Positions 10,801-18,151 of a stretch of DNA of 64,000 nucleotides are shown one piece after another. The stretch is taken from contig CAXXTU010000002.1 in the NCBI GenBank assembly GCA_963662655.2, forward strand, positions 1,088,001 to 1,152,000. Reading direction: 5' to 3'. Source of the DNA: Candidatus Cloacimonadales bacterium. GTDB taxonomy: Bacteria; Cloacimonadota; Cloacimonadia; Cloacimonadales; JAIOQZ01. The notes below the pieces were generated by a model, which did no database searches, had not been told where the DNA came from, and saw only the letters and a program-made list of their open reading frames with translations. Each line of letters begins with the position of its first letter. Positions within the stretch are counted from its first letter, which is position 1. Made by a program: the position numbers and the translations under genes.

Positions 10801-11603
10801 GACGGCGCTGACTCCCACAACGGATTGAAGATCACACGCTGTTTGTCGTCTCCGTATTGCAACATCCGGTCACTTATCGTCCACACATAAGAGATATTGG
10901 AATCTGCCCACCAACCGCCTTCGTGGAGCGTTCCGTTGTTGTTGCCGGTCTCGTCGTGAATTGTCGTGGATTCGTCGTCCAATTTGTAGTAGGCGACAAG
11001 CCCGGATTCGTTTCCGGAAAGGTGGTTATATTTATTGGCGGTGATCTGCTCCGGGGTTCGGGCTGTATTCCAGATACGGATTTCATCCATCCAGCCATTG
11101 AAATACCTTCCGGGCATCTGGGCGTTATCGCCGATACGAACGGAGTAGTTGTTTGTTGCTGTTCCGGAAACAATGGTAGCGTCATGCAAGACGCCATCGA
11201 CGTACATGCTCAATACCGCTCCGCTCTTGATGATCTCGATGTGATGGAAGAAGCCGCTGAAGAGACCGCCGTTGGTGAAATCGCATTTTGAGGGATCGGA
11301 TGTTACGCTGGCGCTTCCGTATGTAAAGCGTATCTGATTCGTCTCGTCATAGCGATGGAGACGCCAACTACTGTCGCCCTTGGCAATTAGAGTTTGCCAC
11401 GGCATATCGAATCCGCCGATTACAACCCAAAGCTCCAGCGTCATATTGGTAGTAAAATCGAAATTCGATTCGTTGGGAAGCTCGATGTATCCACCTGAAT
11501 TATTGAATCGATAGCATTTTTCAAAGTAGGACTCCATCTGTGCGTTCAGCGAAAATGACAGACTCACGGCAATCAAAATGAAAAGGAATGTAGTTTTGCG
11601 CAT
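1881..11603 (-). CDS. Giant secreted multidomain protein, 3240 aa (LamG jelly-rolls, beta-helix/polymorphic-membrane-type repeats, Fn3 and Ig-like domains)
   Basis: Signal peptide; LamG motifs (FNGWMDEIRIWN, FEGYIDEVRIW, GSIDELRFF); GGAI/GGGI repeats; choice-of-anchor-Q-like SPCINxG...DIGAYE; RBS GGAGAGGA. Confidence 0.85.
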   Translation of the reverse strand: MRKTTFLFILIAVSLSFSLNAQMESYFEKCYRFNNSGGYIELPNESNFDFTTNMTLELWVVIGGFDMPWQTLIAKGDSSWRLHRYDETNQIRFTYGSASVTSDPSKCDFTNGGLFSGFFHHIEIIKSGAVLSMYVDGVLHDATIVSGTATNNYSVRIGDNAQMPGRYFNGWMDEIRIWNTARTPEQITANKYNHLSGNESGLVAYYKLDDESTTIHDETGNNNGTLHEGGWWADSNISYVWTISDRMLQYGDDKQRVIFNPLWESAPSAITAEAWFYPEDMESSNRTILYHGDHGEFEIYTNNTTVYGQATLDRSGSTETMTLSWDGLNPERWYHVALVVDTGGTSSLYINGVIMNSSTQAQGASIKDSDGSPLGSIGSKAGSSRIFEGYIDEVRIWETARTASEIWDNRHVSLTAPESNLLANYTFDEVIHRPVYNLAGPFNAVCVQVSSETPDLESTCPIGGFYLGGTYDEDQEITSTNITVWDDLTIPAGETMNLLPGTTVTFHDHYGILVQGALQALGTEADSIRFTIADTTGFHNISGSYPIAPDGSWAGITLNIATGQDSTIFDHCILDHGKAVAQLGDDDNERFCGGAMFINSSGGWRISNSRFSYNYAYYRGGALWINDLSECMVTGSVFSYNKVLHDQGFNQVITQGGAICFGESHCHVENCRIVNNFSNGLGGGIASFTYNSEQPDIQYSPVIRNNYIGFNYATESGGGIGLHGVDYQDIVIHRNEICHNEAQYGGGIGFQNMSDTWFYPIVQDNVIYENEAEYGGGIYMCYQRSENLWNNTIVDNEATISGGGLHVNIVCDCSIVNTIIRGNEAPSGEQVYLDASAWHPDFRHCDIEGGFEGFGGDGIADFNGSYTDCFDLDPDFTSGSKPYQISDTSPCINRGEVYDGLLDTDFLGNPRSLASQSNINSTIDTILNAADIGAYEEQTGRGLIPQDITLSGQVTINVPIAIAQGYTLTVNPSTTLRFTSDALLGIYGSLQANGTLYQKITFNESSEDAGWGGIYFGNSADSSYAEFINIWNGNDDNPFKPHGGNLCIDGYDNLTIKNCMLLNGNAENGGTAYIHESYANILGGLVLYSEATVSGGAFYIVDGDPGLYNLDILFSEAPLGSAIRTSGTAEPDIGSCIIWDNGESPVSGNMDIRYCCVEGGAEGSGNISDDPQFLGSGVNPYQLTGTSPCLNAGFIDGGFLDLPDIDYIGNPRIYEHAQSVSNRVDMGAYEFQGMMTPWNMTASDGNNNYNGYVYLEWEFDSDYQPLTGFRVYRNNVQLQSITSDARSYADYTANPGEFYEYTVVAYAGAESSSSDSDYGYMKPNGIITGNICTPNDNPVSEVIVSASPAQGKCLDLGSELVIDDPGLDTSQDFTWEIWVKLSTANFSILYQDIGLAVNAEMWDDYLRFVQVDTTTMNITALLEQPDTTASIVDGQWHHLAVVYDASQPLLTLYIDAEEVIDEAVGITSFFENDLYVGVDGSIDELRFFDVARTQSIIDLQRNLILPWTEPGLIGYWPMNEGAGDHVFDGTNYSHVGTFSSGTWSDDEPGIVPGAITDVWGDYAISQLSYGSATTFTVTPTKAGHNFQPEQRLVTLSNSNISQNDVDFTDNSMISVSGIVRYIDTQVPVEGASVLLNGSPTVPPTLVDEDGEFTMDLEHGTEATLSVSFEEHEFDRVWELGTVTYPRTGINFWDIEKVSFALRIVGGDEGYPIGSFDVLLREMGDRYTQEETNLPWGGGIVAITNVPPLNYSLTATADPTDDPFGLGVLPSFEDIGTVNVDLRYTETAPDTVSIVWHNDLSIEVIWPTSLDIKYMDDDVEEDYGFYVLPQNEWCSVRVRAFEDYRAAGSPAFVTYITDCDIQITDEVGTQGETDDNFDGENYYAYTFAPYLPNIIVDGNRRHQNMLEFTVHDTELDRYATQTDWVLTEGTRPMESTFATTSPELPFLVLHDPPGDCSYSSFSQTSSASVSMSVSAEMTMANNQHQTMHMGPDFSFDTGLFYSIETEIDATFDIGQSVTVELGMGCDTETQYTFSTTEEYNTSPDNQLIGLESDLFVGGAVNLVWGITKEVAWNDSSSSVDLTQGVMVSPNGFDTIYMYTESQIRLSVIPNLIAIGDTTSAALWQSYLDMNEDNIENAVANPNHPANVSFNAGAGYTYEETCASTEAQTFFFTTTVSEEFGMEFGFTVNGMGDTGGFSFETGVTIGQSIATENEMSTTTTFVLADDDETSSLNYLSDYFTVDIKMDPVYGTPVFETIAGASSNRWEPNTLPRDGVNLTANTYAQSGLEDGDQAVFLLSLQNTSQSEEYRRYYLTMHHDSNPGGATVKINGVPLEEQMAFDIPPSSAVQAVMTVDRGPYEYDYEDLALEFYAPGDRGNDGPDGHYFYVYKYFDVHWEPPYSRVDIQFPNDDWIINQSNNDTLNVILAGYDIEKPYLESLLLQYKKTSNRDWITAAVIPDSVLADYPYYIQVPWDASELSDGAYEIRAGATDAVQTENYYCTPVSGYIDRISPALFTSPQPQDGILSQGDQILLSLTEAIDPVGIDPDDIRLTILDNFMPLACDFSVFNNEIVLTPASDMLWWMENHLVQASVEGITDLYGNPLEEAITWEFFVNANPVGWSQSKIEAIKPLGDEMEIDMQLINSGGQTSSFTIEDLPEWLTVDVESGQLYPLDSQSLTFTVNEQLGYGTFRDTIYADIPGLGREPLVFEIGVLANPPAWASTPLSNFEYSMTITGQLNIDEEISTDTNDIIGVFVLDQGGAYQCRGFASIHHVPFVDDAYQFFLTVHSDEEYGDTIYFRTWDSSENKEHFGIEQQYLFLSGAVYGTSLTPVVLDVCPELYKSIDCHRGWTWFSINLDNETSMQLNDILSSLSPAQNDLIKSQTEYAQYVEGTGWVGSLSSIETTQMFKIKLAQQSDLQIDGLLDDPQATAIAYCSGWNWIGYLPHLSISVNEALAGLPNPVSGDLIKNQTGYSQYIEGYGWYGSLLFMNPGEGYMLKTVGSGSFYYPDYSITRGQDALEQSVQNHVHSPREIAGWEVDPLDYEYSSNITAVVAIDDEVQNSQNLVLGAFCGDECRGVASLVEVMGQWTFFLTQYSNAIGETIRYRIYDPDLEEVYTAEESIVFISNQALGNPLAPYVFHAESASLRPPQNVRIQVVSDNVMISWDAVEGAETYHVYQSVFPDGSWNDVSGDGVFTQERSGGVRWTIALPEDGMRFFRVTSDTEGSVRARSIKFSDSKDGARKE

Positions 11604-11641
11604 AATCCTCTCCTTACGCGGTGTTTTTCCTTTTCATAATA

Positions 11642-11657
11642 TGCAGAGGTTGTGCCA
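11642..11657 (-). promoter_or_regulatory. Sigma-54 (-24/-12) promoter of the 3240-aa gene
   Basis: Minus strand TGGCACAACCTCTGCA has GG and GC at canonical spacing, 39 bp before the ATG. Confidence 0.75.
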
Positions 11658-11720
11658 TAAGCGGATATGCCTGTAATGCAGCTATAACAAGACTTTGTGC
11701 GAGATGCAGCGCATCTGGGC

Positions 11721-11755
11721 CGAACGTTATCGTTCGCTCTGGGCGATTTCGTTCA
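11721..11755. promoter_or_regulatory. Putative enhancer (UAS) for the sigma-54 activator
   Basis: Perfect palindrome CGAACG-TTAT-CGTTCG (11721-11736) plus a weaker TGGGCG-ATTT-CGTTCA (11740-11755). Confidence 0.6.
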
Positions 11756-11809
11756 CCTCGCGATTGAAATAAATTGACGCATATCGAATCGATTCATTTC
11801 CATGGTGAT

Positions 11810-13657
11810 ATGGATTCAACACAAAATCATACTCAGATTCGCGTGCGAGATTTGATCGCGCAGGCATTCACGCTGATGAACAGCGATCCGCAGCAATGCA
11901 TCCGCCTTTCGGAAGAAGCGCTGGAGATATCCCGTGAAATCGGTTTCGGCGTCGGCGAAGGCATGGCGCTGATGCACATTGGGCTGGGGCATTTCCATCA
12001 GAGTAATTTTCGGGAAGCGCAGGGGTATTATCTCGAGGCGGAGCCTGTCTTGCAACGGGAGGAATACTGGTATGGTCTGCGGTGTCTCTACAATAATCTG
12101 GGTGTTACATATCGTCAATGGGGAGATCATCAGAGAGCGCTCGAGTATTATAAACAAAATCTCGATCTCGAGGATCGTTTCCCGATTCCCAAACTGCAAT
12201 GCACAATCCTGTACAACCTCAGTACCATTCATCTCGATCTTGGAGATGAGGAAATCGCCAGAGAATACCTGCTGGAAGTGCTGAAACTGGCCGAAGAACA
12301 CGGGATTGTATCATCTCTGGCGCTGGGCAATACAAGTTTGGGACAATACTACCGTCGAAATGGCGACTTTGAGGGAGCTCATGAGTGTTTCGAGAGGTCC
12401 AGAGCGGCTTACGAACAGACCGATGACAAGGCCGGACTGTCTCATCTCTGTCAGGCGATCGCCTATCTCTACTATGATGAGGATCGCCTGGATAAATCAC
12501 TCGAAACCCTGGAGGAGGGCATGCGCCTGTCGCTTGAAATAGGCGAGAAACAGCAACAGGCTTCACATCATTTCTCATTTGCTCGTACCTATTACGTAAC
12601 CGGAGATCGAAAAAAGCTGTTGGAGCATCTCGATGAATGTATTCGAATCTCGGAGGAAGGTACATACCGGTCATACCTTATCAGTGCGCTGGAACTGAAA
12701 ATCAAGGTTTGCGAAGACGATAACGATTTCAAGATGGCTCTCGAATTGACCCGTAAGCGTCAGGCGCACCTGGATTTCCTGAATGAAGAGAAACGAAACC
12801 GTGCGATCGAGGAAATCAAGACCCGGCTGCAAGTCCAGAGACGGGAGCACGAAGCAGAAGTTCTTCGATTGCAAACGATTGATCTGGCCCAGCGCGTGGA
12901 AGAAGAGGTGAAGAAGCGTGAAGCCCAGCAGCAGTTGCTGATTCAGAAATCGAAGATGGAATCGCTGGGACGCCTGGCCGCCGGTATCGCACACGAGATC
13001 AACCAACCGCTTGGAATGCTGAATATCGGACTCCAGAACCTGTACAACAAACTGAATAACGAAAAGATCACACCCGCCTATCTGGAGAAAAAACAGAACC
13101 TGATGAACGAACACATCGAGCGGATCAAGAAGATCATCGAGCATATCAGACTATTCTCGCGCGAGCAGCAATCCAGCGCGATTCGCCTTATGGATGTGCG
13201 GGATGTGGTCGCAAGCACCCTTTCGATGATGCAGGCTCAGTGCAGCGAACACAACATTCGGCTGAGTGTCGAGACTGGTGACGAGCCGGCATTGGTTCTG
13301 GGCAACCCTTACAGACTGGAACAGGCGCTGCTTAATCTGATCGCCAATGCAAAGGATGCCCTGGAAGAGAAATACGACCGGTTCGACGACTCGAAGTCCA
13401 TCGCGATACGATGCCGGAAAGCCAATGATCGGATACTGCTGCAAGTGATCGATAACGGACCCGGCATTGCGGAAGATCGCCTGCATGCCGTTTTTGAGCC
13501 GTTCTATACCACAAAGGATGAAGCGAAGGGCACCGGACTGGGGCTGTCTATCTGCTACGGTATTATTCAGGAGATGGGCGGGAAAATAGCATGCAGCAGC
13601 ACGCCCGGAGAATCTTCGACCTTCGAGATTGAACTTCCTGCTCTGGAGAAATCATGA
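11810..13657 (+). CDS. TPR-repeat sensor histidine kinase (NtrB-like, cytoplasmic)
   Basis: N-terminal TPRs (YNNLGVTY...); H-box AGIAHEINQPL; N box LNLIANAKDA; DNGPGI, FEPFYTTK and GTGLGL boxes; no TM segment seen. Start is ATG 11810 or TTG 11774. Confidence 0.9.
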   Translation: MDSTQNHTQIRVRDLIAQAFTLMNSDPQQCIRLSEEALEISREIGFGVGEGMALMHIGLGHFHQSNFREAQGYYLEAEPVLQREEYWYGLRCLYNNLGVTYRQWGDHQRALEYYKQNLDLEDRFPIPKLQCTILYNLSTIHLDLGDEEIAREYLLEVLKLAEEHGIVSSLALGNTSLGQYYRRNGDFEGAHECFERSRAAYEQTDDKAGLSHLCQAIAYLYYDEDRLDKSLETLEEGMRLSLEIGEKQQQASHHFSFARTYYVTGDRKKLLEHLDECIRISEEGTYRSYLISALELKIKVCEDDNDFKMALELTRKRQAHLDFLNEEKRNRAIEEIKTRLQVQRREHEAEVLRLQTIDLAQRVEEEVKKREAQQQLLIQKSKMESLGRLAAGIAHEINQPLGMLNIGLQNLYNKLNNEKITPAYLEKKQNLMNEHIERIKKIIEHIRLFSREQQSSAIRLMDVRDVVASTLSMMQAQCSEHNIRLSVETGDEPALVLGNPYRLEQALLNLIANAKDALEEKYDRFDDSKSIAIRCRKANDRILLQVIDNGPGIAEDRLHAVFEPFYTTKDEAKGTGLGLSICYGIIQEMGGKIACSSTPGESSTFEIELPALEKS

Positions 13658-15033
13658 AGCAACTCAATATTCTCATTGTCGATGACGAACAGGGATATCT
13701 CGATGAGATCGGCGAGTTCCTCAACGATTGCGGCTTCACCGCACTGACGGCGGATACGCCCGTAAAAGCGCTTGCTGTCGTCAATCAGCGTCCGGTCGAT
13801 ATCGCAATTGTGGACTTGAAACTCCCGCAAATGAGTGGGATCGAATTGATGCGAAGAATGAAAGAACTCGATAGCTCGATCGCGATCATCATGATAAGCG
13901 GACACGGCGATATCGACAGTGTCGTCGAAGCGATGCGCGCTGGCGCAAACGATTACTTTGCCAAGCCGTTCAATCTGGCGGACATCAGGATTTCCATCGA
14001 GCGAACCAGGAAATTCCTAGACCTCTCGCGGAAACTCGATTCGACCCAGAACGTGGTGGAGGTTCTACGCTGTACGTTGAAAAGGGATGGCAAGCACCCC
14101 CTTGTGGCGGAGAGCGAAGCAATGAAGACCATCGTGCAACAGATGCGGCAGGTGGCGAGTCAACCTTGCTTCGACGTCCTCATCACCGGCGAGAGCGGGA
14201 CGGGGAAAGAGCTCGTGGCTAGAGGAATCCACCATCTGGACGAGACGACGAACGGCGTGTTTTACGATATCAATTGCACCGCAATTCCTGACACACTGTT
14301 CGAAAGCGAGTTCTTCGGTCATGAAAAACACGCGTTCACCGGGGCCCAGGCATCGAGGAAGGGATGTTTCGAGCTCGCCAACGGCGGCACGCTTTTTCTG
14401 GATGAAATCGGAGACATGCCGCTATCCATGCAGGCGAAATTGCTTCGAGCGCTGGAAGAAAGGCACATCCGCAGAATCGGCGCTCAACGGAACATTCCAT
14501 TGTCACTGCGCGTAATCGCCTCAACCAATCGTGATCTCCGGGAGCTTATCCAGAATGGGCAGTTCCGTCAGGACCTCTATTTCCGACTGAATCGCTTTGG
14601 ACTGCATATTTCACCTCTTCGTAAACGAACCGAAGACATACCTTTACTGGTTGATTTTCACCTCAGGCACGCGGCAGAAGAAATGAAGCGTAGTCCCTTG
14701 CAGGTCACGCAGAATGTTTACAATCGGCTAGTAAAATACGCCTTCCCCGGCAATGTTCGGGAGCTGAGGAACATGGTCGAAAAAGCATACATACTCGCCG
14801 GAGCAAGCGACACGGCGCTGGATGACCGCTGCTTCCCAGATATCTTCCATTGCGATCCGGAAGAAATTCATATCTCGGATGGACTGAACCTCCAGCGACT
14901 CGAGAATATCGAACAGAAGATGATCAAGACAGCGCTCGATCAAGCCTCCGGCAATAAAACCCGAGCCGCTCAATTGCTTGGCATTACACGAACCAGCCTC
15001 AATCGCAGGATCGCCAAATACTTCATGGAATAG
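13654..15033 (+). CDS. Sigma-54-dependent response regulator (NtrC family: REC-AAA+-HTH)
   Basis: ILIVDDE receiver; Walker A GESGTGKE; HAFTGA loop; LFLDEIG; FRQDLYFRL; FPGNVREL; Fis-type HTH. ATGA overlap with the kinase. Confidence 0.95.
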   Translation: MKQLNILIVDDEQGYLDEIGEFLNDCGFTALTADTPVKALAVVNQRPVDIAIVDLKLPQMSGIELMRRMKELDSSIAIIMISGHGDIDSVVEAMRAGANDYFAKPFNLADIRISIERTRKFLDLSRKLDSTQNVVEVLRCTLKRDGKHPLVAESEAMKTIVQQMRQVASQPCFDVLITGESGTGKELVARGIHHLDETTNGVFYDINCTAIPDTLFESEFFGHEKHAFTGAQASRKGCFELANGGTLFLDEIGDMPLSMQAKLLRALEERHIRRIGAQRNIPLSLRVIASTNRDLRELIQNGQFRQDLYFRLNRFGLHISPLRKRTEDIPLLVDFHLRHAAEEMKRSPLQVTQNVYNRLVKYAFPGNVRELRNMVEKAYILAGASDTALDDRCFPDIFHCDPEEIHISDGLNLQRLENIEQKMIKTALDQASGNKTRAAQLLGITRTSLNRRIAKYFME

Positions 15034-15034
15034 C

Positions 15035-15050
15035 CGAACGATATCGTTCA
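15035..15050. promoter_or_regulatory. Second copy of the putative UAS palindrome
   Basis: CGAACG-ATAT-CGTTCA directly after the regulator stop codon. Confidence 0.6.
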
Positions 15051-15114
15051 ACCCCTTCGCCGATCTAGACCCGCGAAAGCTTCTCCAGCCGGCGTTCTTC
15101 AATCATCGGACCAC

Positions 15115-15130
15115 TGGAATCCGGTTTGCA
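15115..15130 (+). promoter_or_regulatory. Sigma-54 (-24/-12) promoter of small ORF 15152
   Basis: TGGAATCCGGTTTGCA with canonical GG-N10-GC spacing. Confidence 0.7.
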
Positions 15131-15151
15131 TATACAAGCCCTGAGGTAACC

Positions 15152-15457
15152 ATGGTTCTGATTTATCATACTCAAAAAGTCAAAGCGCGAGAGATCGCTG
15201 AAATGATCCCGGAACGAGACCAGGAAATCCAGATTGTGGATGACATTCATACCTTAATCTCAAAGCTGAAATCGTACCCGGTTGGTAAGCTGTATTTTCA
15301 GGTCAGGGGTCTTTCCGATTTCCATAAAATTGACACAGTACGATCCATTTCTCCCGATCTCGAAATTTCATTACTGGTTAACTCCGACATGGAGAAGCTC
15401 TTGATCCTCATGAAGACGACAGCATTCGATATTCTGCCCACCGACGTTGTACGCTGA
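15152..15457 (+). CDS. Small hypothetical protein (101 aa), possibly a degenerate receiver-like domain
   Basis: RBS GAGG before ATG 15152 (MVLIYHTQK...); alternating beta/alpha pattern ending in a REC-like 'AFDILP'. Confidence 0.6.
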   Translation: MVLIYHTQKVKAREIAEMIPERDQEIQIVDDIHTLISKLKSYPVGKLYFQVRGLSDFHKIDTVRSISPDLEISLLVNSDMEKLLILMKTTAFDILPTDVVR

Positions 15458-15803
15458 GGATCTGGCAGCGTTGATCATGGCCGTGCGACGGATCCGTCGG
15501 CTGCAATTTGCTCTATTTCAACATTATTGCAAACAAGGCCGATAGCTTCGACCACCTGCTGGCCATCATCCCCGAGTCGACCTCCGCATCTTCCAGAACC
15601 CCTCCGGCTGGGACTGGCGTGCGGGGAGGTGAGGGGGGGATTTCCCGTTACTCACTTGATATGAAATTTCTTGATTTTTAACACAGCTATTAATATAAAA
15701 GCATTGACAAATTATAAACATCAAAGAAGTATATTATAAATTGAAGAGTTTGCCAACATTGAGTTCTTCAAGCTATAATTTTTCTATATGCTTTCTATAG
15801 CCT

Positions 15804-16796
15804 ATGGAGTTTCCAATGAGAAGGAAAAAAATCGACAAGCTTTTTCAAGATAAATCACGAAAACAAGCTCAGTTTGAGAATTTGAGAATTATTGCAGATA
15901 ACCATAACAAAAATCATCTTAATGAGTTGGTATGTCTAATAAATAGCATACTTAAAAAGCATAATATAAATACGCCCATTAACAACAAGCAAGTTAAATT
16001 TTTTCCTACTTTTATAGGAAACATCTTCATTGATGATCCCACACTTTCTAGTATCATTTTTGACTCAATTTATCCGAGACCTTCTGAAACTCTCTTTTCA
16101 CACTATACTAATTGTGATGCAGGGATCAACATCATTGGGACCAAGAAAATCTGGTTGTTCAGTTTAGAAAAGAATTTTGACTCAAACGAGTTTAAACAAT
16201 TCTATGAAGATCATGGTCTTGTCGGCTATGGCAATACTCGATCTATTTTGGGTTGTAAATCTGATAATAAGGCCATAATGTCGGAGATTTTTTCATTTAG
16301 CATGACATCAGAACAAGAATCTAATGACTTCCTATGGAATAAATTTGCTGAAACAAGTAGAGGATTAAAACTAACTTTCCGAGTTTGCGATAAAGCGGAC
16401 ATTTTCCGAAAAATATATTATTCAGACAATTTTAATGACAGCAAAATTCCACTCATTAAGGACTTAGTGAGCGAGATTCAAAGGAAATACAAACTCCCCT
16501 TTGCCTTCAAATATATATCAAGTTTTGGCGCATTCTACATTAAAGGTTGCTACTCATACGAGGATGAGTATAGAGTAGTCATTAAAGGGACATCAGATCG
16601 ATATAATGCCACCATGTTCAAGGCTAAACTTAACAATCTTAGGAAGAAGTATATTGAAGTAGACTTTAATAATGACCTGATTTCTTTCAAACTCACCAAA
16701 ATAACCAAAGGGAGAAATATCACAAAAGAAGACTCATACAAGATTGATAAAATCGTCAAAGAGAAATACCCCGATATCATCATTGATACACAATAG
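15804..16796 (+). CDS. AT-rich hypothetical protein, DUF2971-like
   Basis: FSHYT...IWLF, FSFS, LWNKFA...GLKLTF and YSYEDEYRVV resemble the DUF2971 pattern; much lower GC than the flanks. Confidence 0.6.
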   Translation: MEFPMRRKKIDKLFQDKSRKQAQFENLRIIADNHNKNHLNELVCLINSILKKHNINTPINNKQVKFFPTFIGNIFIDDPTLSSIIFDSIYPRPSETLFSHYTNCDAGINIIGTKKIWLFSLEKNFDSNEFKQFYEDHGLVGYGNTRSILGCKSDNKAIMSEIFSFSMTSEQESNDFLWNKFAETSRGLKLTFRVCDKADIFRKIYYSDNFNDSKIPLIKDLVSEIQRKYKLPFAFKYISSFGAFYIKGCYSYEDEYRVVIKGTSDRYNATMFKAKLNNLRKKYIEVDFNNDLISFKLTKITKGRNITKEDSYKIDKIVKEKYPDIIIDTQ

Positions 16797-16923
16797 AAAT
16801 CAAAGGGAAACTAATTCATGAGATAATTAATCTACCACACAGTTGATTTCGGGTAAAGCCCAAGTAACAAGCTTCGTCAGCAACATTAAAATTGTATTAT
16901 TTCTGGCGTTCGGGCAAAAAAAA

Positions 16924-17000
16924 TGGCGGGAGCGACGGGACTCGAACTCGCGACCTCCTGCGTGACAGGCAGGCGTTCTAACCAACTGAACTACGCCCCC
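16924..17000 (-). tRNA. tRNA-Asp(GTC)
   Basis: GGGGGCGTAGTTCAGTTGGTTAGAACGCCTGCCTGTCACGCAGG...GTTCGAGTCCCGTCGCTCCCGCCA. Confidence 0.97.
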
Positions 17001-17019
17001 GCGTAGACATTGAATTAAA

Positions 17020-17096
17020 TGGCGGGAGCGACGGGACTCGAACTCGCGACCTCCTGCGTGACAGGCAGGCGTTCTAACCAACTGAACTACGCCCCC
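17020..17096 (-). tRNA. tRNA-Asp(GTC), identical tandem copy
   Basis: Identical 77-nt cloverleaf ending in CCA, separated by a 19-bp spacer. Confidence 0.97.
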
Positions 17097-17243
17097 GCGC
17101 CTCATTCAATGTGGAAACATTTCTATTGGGGCGTGTTTTTCTGTCAATAGTTTTTCTTGCTTTTTTCACGCGTTTTTCTCATTCTTATTTCTTTACAGAA
17201 TTCTCCAAAATCCTTTCCATGACGGCGAGGAGCTTAGATAATT

Positions 17244-18116
17244 ATGGATAAAGCAGTTCGCGGTACCGATGTAAGCAAGCAAATACGATTCTTCGCGGTG
17301 GACGCCACGCAGACCGTCCGCGAAGCGACAGATATACACAACCTCTCCATCACGGCACGCACCCTCTTCGGACGCGTGATCGCCGCAGCCATCATGCTGG
17401 GCATCGACCTCAAAGGCGAGACGGACTCGGTGACGCTCCGGGTCATGGGCGACGGTCCCATCGGCGGCGCAATGGCAATCGCGCACAGAGACGGCAGGGT
17501 CAAAGGCTACGTGGATAGCCCCGAGATGGAAGTCTCCCCCACAACGCGCGGCGTGAACGTCCCGGGAGCCCTTGGCAGCGGCGTTCTGCGAGTCATCAAA
17601 GACCTCGGCATGGAGCGCTCTTACAGCGGGGAGGTCGAACTGATCAGCGGAGAAATCGGCGACGACCTGGCGTATTTCTTCCTCCAGAGCGAGCAGATCC
17701 ACACCGCCGTCGGCGTGGGTGTGCTTCTCGGAGCCAACGGAGAGATACGCAGAGCCGGCGGATTCATCGTGCAGCTTCTCCCCGGCGCGGAAGAAGAGAT
17801 CGTAGCCCGGCTCGAGCAGAACCTCGCCGAGTTCCCCAACTTCACGGACGTTCTCGATATGGGCGTGCTGCTGGAAGACATCGTCGGTGATTTCATTCTC
17901 AAGGATCTGGGCGCGAACATTCTCGATACCATCGACGTACACTATCAATGCGATTGCAGCCGGTCCAGGTATCAGCACTCGCTGAAGCTGCTCGGTAAGG
18001 ATGAATTGAGCGAGATGATCGCGAACAACGAGCCCATTATCGCGCAGTGCCATTTCTGCAACAAGAAATACGAGTACTCGCCGGCGGAAATCCAGGAATT
18101 GCTCGCCACGATGTAA
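17244..18116 (+). CDS. hslO: Hsp33 redox-regulated chaperone
   Basis: GDGPIGG, YFFLQSEQ and AGGFIVQLLPG motifs; Zn ligands CDCS...CHFC. Confidence 0.95.
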   Translation: MDKAVRGTDVSKQIRFFAVDATQTVREATDIHNLSITARTLFGRVIAAAIMLGIDLKGETDSVTLRVMGDGPIGGAMAIAHRDGRVKGYVDSPEMEVSPTTRGVNVPGALGSGVLRVIKDLGMERSYSGEVELISGEIGDDLAYFFLQSEQIHTAVGVGVLLGANGEIRRAGGFIVQLLPGAEEEIVARLEQNLAEFPNFTDVLDMGVLLEDIVGDFILKDLGANILDTIDVHYQCDCSRSRYQHSLKLLGKDELSEMIANNEPIIAQCHFCNKKYEYSPAEIQELLATM

Positions 18117-18151
18117 TGGAGTGGTTTTAAGATTCGCTGAGATAGTTGTCG

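Noticed and set aside
11721..11736. Gram-positive-type LexA box
   Set aside because: The spacing is GAAC-N6-GTTC, not N4, and the position fits a sigma-54 enhancer better
15596..15646. C-rich/G-rich stretch resembling a REP-like palindrome
   Set aside because: Pairing is poor and there is only one copy
16924..17096. Direct repeat suggesting a CRISPR array or att site
   Set aside because: It is two complete identical tRNA-Asp genes. No repeat-spacer array or cas gene was seen anywhere in the window.
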